Origin: a virus
DNA: 64,000 bases
Virus record (IMG/VR): IMGVR_UViG_3300031994_000034
Strand: one strand, 5' to 3'
A model generated the notes under the pieces. It had not been told where the DNA came from. It searched no databases and saw nothing but the letters and a program-made list of their open reading frames with translations. Below, in pieces: positions 41,150-50,294 of this stretch. Position numbers and translations under genes: made by a program. Positions within the stretch are counted from its first letter, which is position 1; each line of letters begins with the position of its first letter.

Positions 41150-41304
41150 ACAGAAAAAGCCCCGTGGGTGGCACGGGGCTTAATCCACAGCCCAAGGGCT
41201 GACGAATGACAATCCATCGGATTGCGCTGCGAAGGTACGACAATCCGCTGGATGTTGCAAGAAAATGTCAAAAAAGGAAAGAAAATGTCGAAAAAGGAAA
41301 GATT

Positions 41305-41580
41305 ATGAAACTAAGTGTACAAGAAACCGAGAAGCGCTTCGGCCATGAGGTAGTCAAGCAACTAACCGACATGCAGGCTGAGCCTACGGGACGTCTCATC
41401 TATCCCGCATTTGAACCGCAACACAAAGGCATGAGCGAATACGTTGCCTGCCTGTCTGTTGACGGTGGCAGGCTGGATGCGTATTACTTCCAGCCTGAAG
41501 ATGCCGACGAATGGGAGTATGGTGAGATGAACGGCATCGAGTATGGCGGCATTGAATACATAGAGTTTGTAGAAGACTGA
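41305..41580 (+). CDS. hypothetical acidic protein
   Basis: ATG at 41305 (MKLSVQETEKRF...), preceded by a 20-bp tandem repeat at 41261-41300. Confidence 0.55.
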   Translation: MKLSVQETEKRFGHEVVKQLTDMQAEPTGRLIYPAFEPQHKGMSEYVACLSVDGGRLDAYYFQPEDADEWEYGEMNGIEYGGIEYIEFVED

Positions 41581-41588
41581 AAACTGAT

Positions 41589-41771
41589 ATGAAGAAAGCA
41601 AATAATCGGACCTGCGCCGTATGCGGCAAGGTCATCACCAGCGGCTATGTCTGGGACGGAACGGACACGTTCTGTTCCGACGAGTGCGCCGCCAAAGTCT
41701 TCGACGGCGACGAGGGTTGCGTCGATATCTTGATAGATGACGGGCGAATAGTGTGGGAGGATAAGTTTTGA
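41589..41771 (+). CDS. small zinc-finger protein
   Basis: 60-aa ORF containing CAVCGK...FCSDEC. Confidence 0.5.
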   Translation: MKKANNRTCAVCGKVITSGYVWDGTDTFCSDECAAKVFDGDEGCVDILIDDGRIVWEDKF

Positions 41772-42014
41772 GGATTCTTGCGACGGAATCGCAAGACACA
41801 CTACCTATATATAACGTGCGTGTGCGCGCGTAAATGAACACTATTGTTGCCATAAGCATCATAGTGATTTTGAGTTTTGGGCCGCTGCGTCGGGATGACG
41901 CGGCGGTTTTTTTGTAAAATTCGATAATTCCTTCAAACATTATTGCGATAAATCAAATTTAATTTATTATATTTGCATCCGCTCTTGCCTTTTTACAAAA
42001 TAAATTATAGTGAT

Positions 42015-42311
42015 ATGAAAAAGTTCTATAAAATGACAGACGAAGAACTTAGATTCTTTGCGTTCCGGCAAGCCATCGGAGCGGCAGAAACGACACGCTT
42101 CCGTACTGCAGATGGCACGCGCGGCATGAATGAAGATGAAATTAAAGAGTACGCCGGGGCGATTCTTTCTTCAATCACGTTCTTCAACAAGCGCGACCCG
42201 CGCTATGCCGAGGAGATGCGCTATCGTGAGCTGTGCCGCCAGCAGAAGGAGGAGCGTGACGCGGCGGACAAACAGCGGCACGCAGAACGGGCAGAGGTTT
42301 ATGTCCTCTGA
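42015..42311 (+). CDS. hypothetical protein
   Basis: ATG at 42015, downstream of TATATTTG at 41968-41975. Confidence 0.55.
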   Translation: MKKFYKMTDEELRFFAFRQAIGAAETTRFRTADGTRGMNEDEIKEYAGAILSSITFFNKRDPRYAEEMRYRELCRQQKEERDAADKQRHAERAEVYVL

Positions 42312-42386
42312 CTTCTCGCTGGTGCTATACAGAGAAGAACGGCTGCCTTGCTAATCAAGTAGGGCGGCCGTTCCTGCTTCAGTAAT

Positions 42387-43007
42387 TCACTTTTTGTTTG
42401 ATGGTTTCCCATATTCCCCCATTGCTTCGGCGGCGATAGAGAGTTGGGAATCCTGGAAGTGCTCGATATTGACGTTGATGCGGCGGAGCAGGGTGTTATG
42501 CGCCTGCAGGAGGTCGCTGTATTTCTTTGTGAGGTCATCGGCCTGCTGTCGAGTGGCTCGCATGAGCTGGTTGTGGTCGGTTATCTGCTCGCGGAGGGCT
42601 GCAATCAGATCATCTTTGGTAGAGAGTTCACGCTTCAAGGACATGATGGTTTCGTCCTTGGCGGCAAGAGCGGCGTTGATGAGACTGCTCATGTCGGGGG
42701 TGTCTGTCTCGCCTGTCGTGGTCGTTTGAGACTGATTGCTGCTAATCGGTGCTAAGTCGGCAACGAGCATTATGTCGCTATCACCGCGAAGCCATGCCGG
42801 ATTGAAGACGTTGCCAAAGGCTGAGTTCACCTTTCTTAGCGTTTCTTGTTTTACTCTTTTGATTTTGCCATTTAGCGCACGGGAGATGGTGGCCTCAAAT
42901 AGGCCTGACTTTCGCGCAACATCTGCCTGGTTGTGAGCTTCGGTGTTGGCGTAAATCCAATCAAGCATCTGCTTGAAGATTTCATTTTCTTTTGTTTGCA
43001 TAGCCAT
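42387..43007 (-). CDS. XRE/cI-like HTH repressor with coiled-coil C-terminal half
   Basis: This is the only minus-strand gene in about 49 kb. HTH segment QADVARKSGLFEATISRALNGK. Divergent from the downstream + operon. Confidence 0.65.
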   Translation of the reverse strand: MAMQTKENEIFKQMLDWIYANTEAHNQADVARKSGLFEATISRALNGKIKRVKQETLRKVNSAFGNVFNPAWLRGDSDIMLVADLAPISSNQSQTTTTGETDTPDMSSLINAALAAKDETIMSLKRELSTKDDLIAALREQITDHNQLMRATRQQADDLTKKYSDLLQAHNTLLRRINVNIEHFQDSQLSIAAEAMGEYGKPSNKK

Positions 43008-43066
43008 AAATATATTAAATAATGTTAATACTTGTTTCGGCTTGCACTACATCTCACTTTTTCTTC

Positions 43067-43074
43067 TTACCTTT
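43067..43074 (+). promoter_or_regulatory. -7 box TACCTTTG (rightward)
   Basis: Exact 8-mer, 187 nt upstream of the ATG at 43261. Confidence 0.5.
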
Positions 43075-43200
43075 GTAGTCCCGAAATAAATAAAGTAAGG
43101 TTCGTTTAAGTCGGGAACAGGAAGAGCCTGCAGGCGCGTCAAAGAGCGTCTTTCAGCGGAAAGCGTAGTGCCACCGATGCTAATTATTGAACTATCCATT

Positions 43201-43208
43201 GCAAAGGT
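43201..43208 (-). promoter_or_regulatory. -7 box TACCTTTG (leftward, toward the repressor)
   Basis: The reverse complement of caaaggta is the exact 8-mer, 194 nt upstream of the repressor ATG at 43007. Confidence 0.5.
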
Positions 43209-43260
43209 AAGACTTTTCCTGCGTTTTTGAATGTAATTGGAGATAATAAATAAAGAAAAA

Positions 43261-43455
43261 ATGCAAGAGAGAGTATCAAGACGGGAACTGAGGGACATGC
43301 GGGTCGGGCAGACGCGCATCTTCACACTGGCAGACAAGAAGAAGATACAGTCGGCCCGCGTGCAGGCGCAGATGTTGAAGAACGAGGAGGAGATGGGATT
43401 CCAAGTGAAGGCGGACTATACATCGGCCAGCGTGAGCATTACACGGACGAAATAA
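43261..43455 (+). CDS. hypothetical small basic protein (Cro-position gene)
   Basis: ATG at 43261 (MQERVSRRELRDMRVGQTRIF...). Confidence 0.5.
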   Translation: MQERVSRRELRDMRVGQTRIFTLADKKKIQSARVQAQMLKNEEEMGFQVKADYTSASVSITRTK

Positions 43456-43474
43456 CCTATATACATATTATATT

Positions 43475-44107
43475 ATGAAACTAACACGCTATCTGACACG
43501 CTATCTGAAGAACTTGCTCCGCGCCCTTGCGGGGCACAATCCGTTTTGGTTGGAGTTGGATGAACAACAACGTCTCCATAGGGAGGCCGAAGCCAAGGTG
43601 CAGGCGCAGGATGCAGAACTGCGGGCTGCAAAGGAATCGCAGAAGGCCGCCGAGGAACAGGTGGGGAGCTACCAGAACCTGACGGAGAACCTGCGCAAGC
43701 GCATCACGGAAAAGGAAATAGAAAATGATCGGCAGCGGCGCGACTATACGCAGGCGGTAAACATCTTGCGCGAACAGCACCGGCTGCAGCGAGAGGAGTT
43801 GGAGCAGAAGAACCAGGAACTGCGCGACGACCTGCAGGCTACACTGGAGCAGCTGCAGCGCGTAAACAAAGATATCGGGCGCGAAATGATGAACACCAAC
43901 CTGCTGTCGAAGACGAACAGTGCGCTCGTTGACCTCTGTCAGGCCATGGCATCGGAGGACACGGAGAAGATGAAGGCGGTGGTGGAGTATTTGGAATGGA
44001 GCAACCCGCTCTCGCGCATCGCACAGTATCACTTGAATGTGTTGGTGAGAAAGAAAGAGTTGGAAGAAAGAAGAGAGGTGAAGGCTGAAACGGATGAAAA
44101 TGCTTAG
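43475..44107 (+). CDS. coiled-coil protein
   Basis: 210-aa ORF with long E/Q/R/L heptad-like stretches. Confidence 0.6.
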   Translation: MKLTRYLTRYLKNLLRALAGHNPFWLELDEQQRLHREAEAKVQAQDAELRAAKESQKAAEEQVGSYQNLTENLRKRITEKEIENDRQRRDYTQAVNILREQHRLQREELEQKNQELRDDLQATLEQLQRVNKDIGREMMNTNLLSKTNSALVDLCQAMASEDTEKMKAVVEYLEWSNPLSRIAQYHLNVLVRKKELEERREVKAETDENA

Positions 44108-44216
44108 GCAGCCGGAACCTGTGGCCCGAGAACGCAAAACTGCGCCACTCCCTGTTTTTACGTTCTTGGAATATACGGATTAGACGGATTTATAATTAAC
44201 CATAAAAGCTACAACA

Positions 44217-44549
44217 ATGGATGGAACAGACAATTTTACCCCCCCCACCTCCACCCTCGAAAAGCAGGTGTGCAAGTGCTGCGGGCGGGAACTGCCGGTC
44301 TCGCAATTCGGGCGCGGCGGCTACGGGTTGCACAAGACGTGCAACGAATGTATGGGCAAGAAGAAGTCCGAGGGACGCAAGAAGCGCGACGAGATAGCCG
44401 ACCTGCGCAGACAGGTGGAAGAGGCGCGGCAACTGCGGCTCCGCGACTTTCAGCCACGCGAACTGATGATACGACTGCGCGAGCTGGGCTACGAAGGCGT
44501 GCTCACCTATACGCAACGGCATGAGATTGACATAGCGAAGGTTGATTGA
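44217..44549 (+). CDS. zinc-ribbon protein with C8 tract at codons 8-10
   Basis: 110-aa ORF containing CKCCGR...CNEC. The C8 run lies at 44239-44246. Confidence 0.6.
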   Translation: MDGTDNFTPPTSTLEKQVCKCCGRELPVSQFGRGGYGLHKTCNECMGKKKSEGRKKRDEIADLRRQVEEARQLRLRDFQPRELMIRLRELGYEGVLTYTQRHEIDIAKVD

Positions 44550-44630
44550 ACCACAGATTTCGCGAATTGAACGAATTTTCTGTGTTATCTGTGAGATATT
44601 AAACGAGTTAAAGTCAATAACTTGAAGAAT

Positions 44631-44708
44631 ATGAAAAAGATTTGTGTAAGACTTGGAGCGGTGGCATCGGTGCTGCTCGCGCTCGTAATTGTGATAGGAG
44701 GGAAGTAG
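44631..44708 (+). CDS. 25-aa hydrophobic micro-ORF
   Basis: Hand-translated MKKICVRLGAVASVLLALVIVIGGK. Its stop lies 2 nt before the next ATG. Confidence 0.35.
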   Translation: MKKICVRLGAVASVLLALVIVIGGK

Positions 44709-44710
44709 TT

Positions 44711-44995
44711 ATGGGATTCTTCTTGTTCTATATAGCATCTACGTCCTTGGCACTGTTTGTAACTTACCTGTATGCGTTTCGCGGCTACAGGCACAGTTTT
44801 CTCCATAATGATTGGATAAAGATGCTTGACTCCATGCCGCCTGTGACATGGATTCTCTGTCTGATGATAAGTTTTATGCCAGCGCTAAATCTTGCAGGCA
44901 GCTTTGTCGGCCTTGTGTGGCCTTTGACTGGAGAGCTTGGAGGTGATGAAATTAAGATTGACCATTGGTTGTATCGGACAAGGGAAAAATCATAA
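44711..44995 (+). CDS. small membrane protein
   Basis: ATG at 44711 (MGFFLFYIASTSLALFV...). Three hydrophobic segments. Confidence 0.55.
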   Translation: MGFFLFYIASTSLALFVTYLYAFRGYRHSFLHNDWIKMLDSMPPVTWILCLMISFMPALNLAGSFVGLVWPLTGELGGDEIKIDHWLYRTREKS

Positions 44996-45099
44996 ATAAG
45001 GCTTTGGTATGAAAAAGGAATAGCGTACACGCTACGCCTGTCGTGGAATGGCAGTAGGCTGTGCGTATTGGAATAAGAAACCTTTGCGCACAGCCACTT

Positions 45100-45182
45100 G
45101 GGAGCGAAAGCCTGTAAATGGTGCAACAGGCATTAGTAAAACTTGCCGGTGAGCGAGGGTTCGAGTCCCTACACTCCCACCA
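45100..45182 (+). other. tRNA-like element (acceptor plus T-arm plus encoded CCA) with non-canonical interior
   Basis: GGGAGCG...AGGG-TTCGAGT-CCCT-(A)CACTCCC-A-CCA. The 3' 25 nt are homologous to 20009-20033. I could not fold a standard D-arm or anticodon arm. Confidence 0.4.
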
Positions 45183-45196
45183 TTGATAATAAAATT

Positions 45197-48100
45197 GTGA
45201 ACAAGAATAATTTCGACATATTAAATGGCCTGAGCCTCGTGGAGGTGATGCGAGGGTGGGGCAGGGTGCCGATGCGCGACGGTGATGCGTCGGCATCGTT
45301 CCTGTGTCCGTGGCATGATGATCATAGACCGTCGCTCATCGTTGACAAGGTGGTGCGGAAGGGTGCGACGGACCTCGGGTTTAAGTGCTTCGCTTGCCAC
45401 GAGGAGGGCTTCGGGGCTGTGCAGTTAGCTGCACGGCTGATGGGTCTGCCGTCGGGTAAGGTGCCCGACGCGGACCGTGAGCGTGTGCTGACAGAACTGG
45501 CTACGCGCTGCAACGTGGAGTTGGAGCAGGAGGAGGGCGAGAAGCAATATTACAACACACTGCGGACACAGATTATCGGTTGGGACGCCTTTCGCCAGGC
45601 CGAGGTGCAGTATGCTGAATGGGATGGCAAGGAACCGCAGTTCGAGCGCGGAGAGTGGACGGAAGAAGGACTGAAGGCACTGGGATTCAAGGTGGCGCTG
45701 ACAAGCCGCAAGATGAAGAAATCGGAATACACGGAGTACTCTGGGTATTCCGAGAAGTCTGAGATTCAGCAAGGCGATATGCTGACGCAGTTCGACCCAG
45801 ACACGGGCGAGGCGCTTTACTGGTGCTCGTTGGGTGCCGGGTTCTATCGCGGACCGAAGAAGGCAGAGGCACGGACTATCCGGGCCTGGGGTGCGGAAGT
45901 GGAGCGGCTGTTTGGCGTGGAGCCGGTGGCGAGGTTCATCCGTCGGAAGGAGAATGAGAAAAAGGGCGGCTACTACGTAAGCATCGTGAGAGCCACAAAG
46001 AACTATCCTATCTTCATGTTCCGCTATGCGTGGGGCGTGAAGAAGTATGAACCGAAGGACTTCTACGGCACGACGAAGTGGACGTGGTGGTGTCTCGCGG
46101 AAGATGCCGACTTGGAACACCGTTGGTATGCTGATGCCGGGCTGACGGACGCGCTGGAAGGTGCGGTGCCGGAGGTGGACGAGCGGCACCCCTACGAGAA
46201 GCAGAAGGATAAGGACGGAAAGGAAACGGGCAAAGTGAAGTTTGGGCGCGTGGTGCTCTGTAGCGGTCCGAGGGATGCGATGGCGGTGTATAGCCATAGC
46301 AATGCCCATGTGGTGTGGCTGCACTCTGAGCAGGCGGGCTTTGACAAGAAGAACGGCAACGTGCGGCCTAACCGCTGGCTCCGGGCTTTTATCAAGAAGT
46401 TGCTGGGCGTGACGAAGGAGGGCGGGCTTTATGTCTGCTACGACGAGGATGCCACGGGGCTGGCGGCAAGCCAGGCTATTGCACTGAATAATCCGCAGGT
46501 GCGGTGGCTGAGACTGCCGAAGGAGCTGGGGATGATCCTTGCGGGAAAACCGCAAGGCACACTGCAGAAATCGCTGAAGGACGTGACGGACTTTGTGACG
46601 CGCTTCGCGGAGGTGGAGGGGCTGATGCCCGCCGACGTGCAGCACGACGACCCGGTGGAGTGGTTCGACAATGCGTTGTTCGACACGCCGACGTGCCAGT
46701 TCTGGCAGTATGAAAGTGAGCGGAAGGACAAGGACGGTTCGCCGCGCAACAGATATAAGTTCGACCTGCGCAATACACCCGTGTTTCTCCGTGCGAGGGG
46801 CATGGTGCGAAAGTATGTGGAGCAGGGCGATGACTCCTATTCGCGCTTTTTCTTGTTGGGCAACGACCATACGTTCTGTGAGTTATTCGCGGGACAGAAG
46901 GGGAGCAACAAACTCGTGGCACAGAGCCGTGACCTCATGGCGGAATGGCTCAGGGCGCACAAAGAATACAACGACGAGAAGGGTGCGCTCTCACGCGCTA
47001 TTTTTTCTGCGAAGATGGAGCAGAGCGTGATGGAGAGCATCGAGACGGTGGACTTCGACGACAAGAGTTTTGGCGAGGACTTTGACCACTTCTTCTTCAA
47101 GAATGTGGCAGTAAAGGTGACAGCCGACAAGATAGAGAAGGTACCGTACAGCAGCATGAAGTGGTGGACCAGTGCCGACGCTATCCTTGACGGTAAGTTC
47201 GAGGTGGTGCCGCAAGCGTGGCGCGTGGAGGTAAATCCATTCTACGAGCCGGAGCGCATCAAGCACGAAGAGATATTGCAGACCGCCAAGACCAGCGAGG
47301 AACGGGCACAGGAAAATATGCGCTGGGATCAGTGGGAGGCGCTGTGGAAGTACCGTCTCGTGACAGACAAACCCATAGGCGAGATGCCTATGCACTTCCG
47401 CTTCCTGTATAACACATGCCGCATCTTCTGGGAGAAGGAGCAGTCGCAGGAGCTGACGAAGACGGAGAAGCAGGTGCAGGATATGTACTTCATCGCCATG
47501 CTCCATGCCCTCGGCTCGGCGTTGGTAAGACACCGCTCCGCCAACCGTCAGCAGTTCATCCACATCACCGACAACGGTACACGGCGAGAGGATTTGGCAT
47601 CGGGTGGCACGGGTAAGACCGCCATCTTGGAAATGCTCTCGCTCGTGCGTTGTTCCCTCGCCATCGACGGCAAGGCGCTGGAAGGCTCGAACATCATCCT
47701 GGAACAGGAACTCGGAAAGATTGTACCGGGGCTACACAACGTGGTCTGTCTGGACGAACTGCCAGCCGGGTTCTCTCCCAAGAAGATGTATAACATGCCG
47801 CTGGGCGTGACCTCACGCGGACTGTATCACGGCTCTGTCCGGCTCACGGGCGACGACCTGCCGAAGTTTGTGGTGGCCAGCAACGAGCAGTTGGACCTAA
47901 GCAGCGACTCTACGAGCCGTCGCATCTATCAGATCCTCGTCGGCGACTGGTATCATCCGCGCAGCATGGACGGTTCGCGTCCGGCACACACACCTGCCGA
48001 CGACTTCCGCAAGGACTACCACGTCAAAGAAGTGTCGCGCAACCTGCCCGCAACTTTGCTCAACGAGGCCAGGAACCTCCTGCTCGGCTGTGTGCAGCTC

Positions 48101-48658
48101 TTCTTCCAACTGCCCGACGAGACCCTGCGCCCGCCACGTGACAGCCGTGCCCTGCTGCGTCAGGCACTGGCGGCCAGCAAGGATGAGCAGTTCACGCTCT
48201 GGATAGCGCAGTACCTCGCTGACAAGCGGCACCTCGGTGCGCCCATCGCCCAGCGCGAACTGGCCATCTCGCTGCTCGACTACTGCGGAATCAGCGTAGG
48301 CGAGAAGACCCTGAAGGCAGCCTACAAGCGCATCCGCGACAACCTGACCGACTACATCAAGACCAGCATCTACGTCGTGGACCCGCCCGTGGTGTTGCTG
48401 ACCCCAACGGACAGAGAACGTGGATTCCGGCAGTGCGCGGCATGGCAATACCCCAAGGCCTCCGACGGCTACAGCATAGCCCTCAACGACAAGGGCGAGC
48501 GGATGCCGCGCGAACTTCGCAACAGCACAAGGGTATATTACTTCTATGTCAAGAGTCGCATACCGAGGCACTTCTACAGCCCCGACCATGTGGGCGACAA
48601 AGACTATGTGCAGGCGGCGCCGGAGAAGGATCCGGAGGCGGGCGAGCAATCGGAATAA
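45197..48658 (+). CDS. primase-helicase fusion (CHC2 zinc finger, TOPRIM, P-loop NTPase)
   Basis: FLCPWHDDHRPSLIV (CHC2). VVLCSGPRDAMAV ... YVCYDEDATG (TOPRIM-like). LASGGTGKTAILE and VVCLDEL (Walker A and B). The start is uncertain: GTG at 45197 chosen, since the ORF opens at TTG 45143 inside the tRNA-like element. Confidence 0.8.
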   Translation: MNKNNFDILNGLSLVEVMRGWGRVPMRDGDASASFLCPWHDDHRPSLIVDKVVRKGATDLGFKCFACHEEGFGAVQLAARLMGLPSGKVPDADRERVLTELATRCNVELEQEEGEKQYYNTLRTQIIGWDAFRQAEVQYAEWDGKEPQFERGEWTEEGLKALGFKVALTSRKMKKSEYTEYSGYSEKSEIQQGDMLTQFDPDTGEALYWCSLGAGFYRGPKKAEARTIRAWGAEVERLFGVEPVARFIRRKENEKKGGYYVSIVRATKNYPIFMFRYAWGVKKYEPKDFYGTTKWTWWCLAEDADLEHRWYADAGLTDALEGAVPEVDERHPYEKQKDKDGKETGKVKFGRVVLCSGPRDAMAVYSHSNAHVVWLHSEQAGFDKKNGNVRPNRWLRAFIKKLLGVTKEGGLYVCYDEDATGLAASQAIALNNPQVRWLRLPKELGMILAGKPQGTLQKSLKDVTDFVTRFAEVEGLMPADVQHDDPVEWFDNALFDTPTCQFWQYESERKDKDGSPRNRYKFDLRNTPVFLRARGMVRKYVEQGDDSYSRFFLLGNDHTFCELFAGQKGSNKLVAQSRDLMAEWLRAHKEYNDEKGALSRAIFSAKMEQSVMESIETVDFDDKSFGEDFDHFFFKNVAVKVTADKIEKVPYSSMKWWTSADAILDGKFEVVPQAWRVEVNPFYEPERIKHEEILQTAKTSEERAQENMRWDQWEALWKYRLVTDKPIGEMPMHFRFLYNTCRIFWEKEQSQELTKTEKQVQDMYFIAMLHALGSALVRHRSANRQQFIHITDNGTRREDLASGGTGKTAILEMLSLVRCSLAIDGKALEGSNIILEQELGKIVPGLHNVVCLDELPAGFSPKKMYNMPLGVTSRGLYHGSVRLTGDDLPKFVVASNEQLDLSSDSTSRRIYQILVGDWYHPRSMDGSRPAHTPADDFRKDYHVKEVSRNLPATLLNEARNLLLGCVQLFFQLPDETLRPPRDSRALLRQALAASKDEQFTLWIAQYLADKRHLGAPIAQRELAISLLDYCGISVGEKTLKAAYKRIRDNLTDYIKTSIYVVDPPVVLLTPTDRERGFRQCAAWQYPKASDGYSIALNDKGERMPRELRNSTRVYYFYVKSRIPRHFYSPDHVGDKDYVQAAPEKDPEAGEQSE

Positions 48659-48674
48659 TCAGAGTATTCAGAAA

Positions 48675-49049
48675 ATGGAACAGGAGAAGCATCAGCAGAG
48701 AGTCATTGTCATCCGCAAGTCGCGGTTGACCGGACGGGCGATATGGATATACGAAGGCCCTACACGCAGGGCGGCGCATTGGGCCTATTGGTATGCACGC
48801 CGCAAGGAGGTGCAGCGCGTGAACACCTGGTGCGACAGGGCCTTGCGCCGCAAGGCGAACATCCTGCGACTGTTGAACAAGTGCCTGGAGCACATTCCGC
48901 TGGATGCCGTGCTCACGCCGGAGCAGAATGCAGCTGCACGCACGCTCCGAAAGATAAGCGAAGAGGCGTACATGCCGGACATGGAGTTCTATAACCAAGT
49001 CATAGCTGCACACAAAGTGCAGGCAGTTAATGATTTGAGAAGGAAATAG
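48675..49049 (+). CDS. hypothetical basic protein
   Basis: ATG at 48675 (MEQEKHQQRVIV...) in ORF 48546..49049. Confidence 0.55.
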   Translation: MEQEKHQQRVIVIRKSRLTGRAIWIYEGPTRRAAHWAYWYARRKEVQRVNTWCDRALRRKANILRLLNKCLEHIPLDAVLTPEQNAAARTLRKISEEAYMPDMEFYNQVIAAHKVQAVNDLRRK

Positions 49050-49099
49050 AGGATTTGTCTAACCAGTATTATGTTTAGTTTCTTGTCATTTAGAGTACT

Positions 49100-49432
49100 A
49101 TGAACTACCATGTAAAAGAAAAATGGGTCTCCAAACCGTGTAATTGCAGAAATGAGTTTGCGACGCCACGCGACCATCATCAGTATGGATATGAGACTGA
49201 ACATGATTTTTCAGCTGCTCTCCATAGACTGCACAGCCGATGGTCGGGCTGGACGGGTACGGAGATCGGCAGGCGCAACGGCTTCATCCGTCTGCGCTTC
49301 GTGGGCGTCTATGGCGACGTGAGCAACGTGTGGCTCCCGGACTTCATGCTGGAGCGCGTGCCGGAGCCGATGGGCGACACGAGTGGCGACAGCACGGAGG
49401 AGCTGCTTGACGAGATATTCAAGTTCGACTAA
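49100..49432 (+). CDS. hypothetical protein
   Basis: 110-aa ORF, CTATG start context. Confidence 0.55.
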   Translation: MNYHVKEKWVSKPCNCRNEFATPRDHHQYGYETEHDFSAALHRLHSRWSGWTGTEIGRRNGFIRLRFVGVYGDVSNVWLPDFMLERVPEPMGDTSGDSTEELLDEIFKFD

Positions 49433-49446
49433 ATACACCAATCACC

Positions 49447-49590
49447 ATGACAAGAGAACAGTATATAGAGCGCATGGCCCGTGCGATGTACGGCGAGCGC
49501 TGGCAGTGTGCCGAGGCACAAGAGAAGGCCTCCCGCATGGCGGACAAGGCGGCTGCGGTATATCCATTCGACACGGAGGAACAACCATGA
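49447..49590 (+). CDS. hypothetical small protein
   Basis: Hand-translated 47 aa: [51 protein letters not shown] overlap with infA. Confidence 0.4.
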   Translation: MTREQYIERMARAMYGERWQCAEAQEKASRMADKAAAVYPFDTEEQP

Positions 49591-49814
49591 GCAAGCAAGA
49601 TTTCATCAAGACTAAGGGCAAAGTGACGGAAGCCCTCGGCGGCGACCGCTTTCGCGTGGAGTTGGAGAATGGTGCCGTCATCCTCGGCACACTCTCGGGC
49701 AAGATGCGGCAACGGCATATCCGCGTGATGCCAGGCGATGCGGTGGAAGTGGAAATGTCGCCCTACGACCTTACGCGGGGACGGATAGCATACAGGTATA
49801 ACAAACAACGATAG
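49587..49814 (+). CDS. infA: translation initiation factor IF-1 homologue
   Basis: [71 protein letters not shown] aligns along its length with bacterial InfA (..[18 protein letters not shown]...IRIL.GD.V.VE.SPYDL.KGRI..R). Confidence 0.85.
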   Translation: MSKQDFIKTKGKVTEALGGDRFRVELENGAVILGTLSGKMRQRHIRVMPGDAVEVEMSPYDLTRGRIAYRYNKQR

Positions 49815-49823
49815 ACATACGAT
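49714..49823 (+). repeat. 110-bp direct repeat, copy 1 (3' end of infA)
   Basis: ggcatatccgcgtgatgccaggcgatgcgg...gatagacatacgat. Four mismatches to 50185-50294. Confidence 0.9.
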
Positions 49824-49824
49824 T

Positions 49825-50184
49825 ATGGCAACAATGAATTTCTTCCTCTCTATCTGTGGAGTGATAGCCTACGTGGCGATGGCGTATCTGGCCATCACGG
49901 CCTATGTCCGCTTGCGGCATGTAGGCTCGAAACTGGACGAGCTGCAAGCCACGACGGCAAAATTGTGCGCCCTGGTGTCGGCCTTGAAGCTGCAGAGCGA
50001 TTTCGACCACATCAACGACATGAAGGACACCCTTCGGCAGCTCGTAGAGGCCGAGCGGTTTGAAGATGCTGCGAAACTGCAAGCCGTCATCGCCGAACAG
50101 GAAGAGCTTGCGCTGAAGAACATGAAGGCGCTTCAGGATTCCTACGGTGGCAAGGAACTGGTGGTGCGCATAGGACGTAAGTGA
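49825..50184 (+). CDS. membrane-anchored protein with UVR-like motif
   Basis: N-terminal TM segment [41 protein letters not shown] resembles a UvrB/C-type motif. Confidence 0.55.
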   Translation: MATMNFFLSICGVIAYVAMAYLAITAYVRLRHVGSKLDELQATTAKLCALVSALKLQSDFDHINDMKDTLRQLVEAERFEDAAKLQAVIAEQEELALKNMKALQDSYGGKELVVRIGRK

Positions 50185-50294
50185 GGCATATCCGCGTGAT
50201 GCCAGGCGATGCGGTAGAAGTGGAAATGTCGCTCTACGACCTTACGCGTGGACGGATAGCATACAGGTACAACAAACAACGATAGACATACGAT
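50185..50294 (+). repeat. 110-bp direct repeat, copy 2 (non-coding infA 3' relic)
   Basis: See 49714-49823. It begins right after the TGA at 50182-50184. Confidence 0.9.

Noticed and set aside
41635-41940. 101-aa minus-strand ORF preceded by the usual start context AAAACTCAAAATCACTATG in reverse orientation
   Set aside because: It runs antisense through the zinc-finger gene 41589..41771 with an Arg-rich junk sequence. The start-context match is more likely an inverted junction-cassette remnant. A very short minus-strand peptide cannot be excluded.
45100-45182. Calling this a bona fide tRNA gene
   Set aside because: The acceptor stem, T-arm and CCA are convincing, but I could not form a standard D-arm or a 7-nt anticodon loop. 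It is reported as tRNA-like only.
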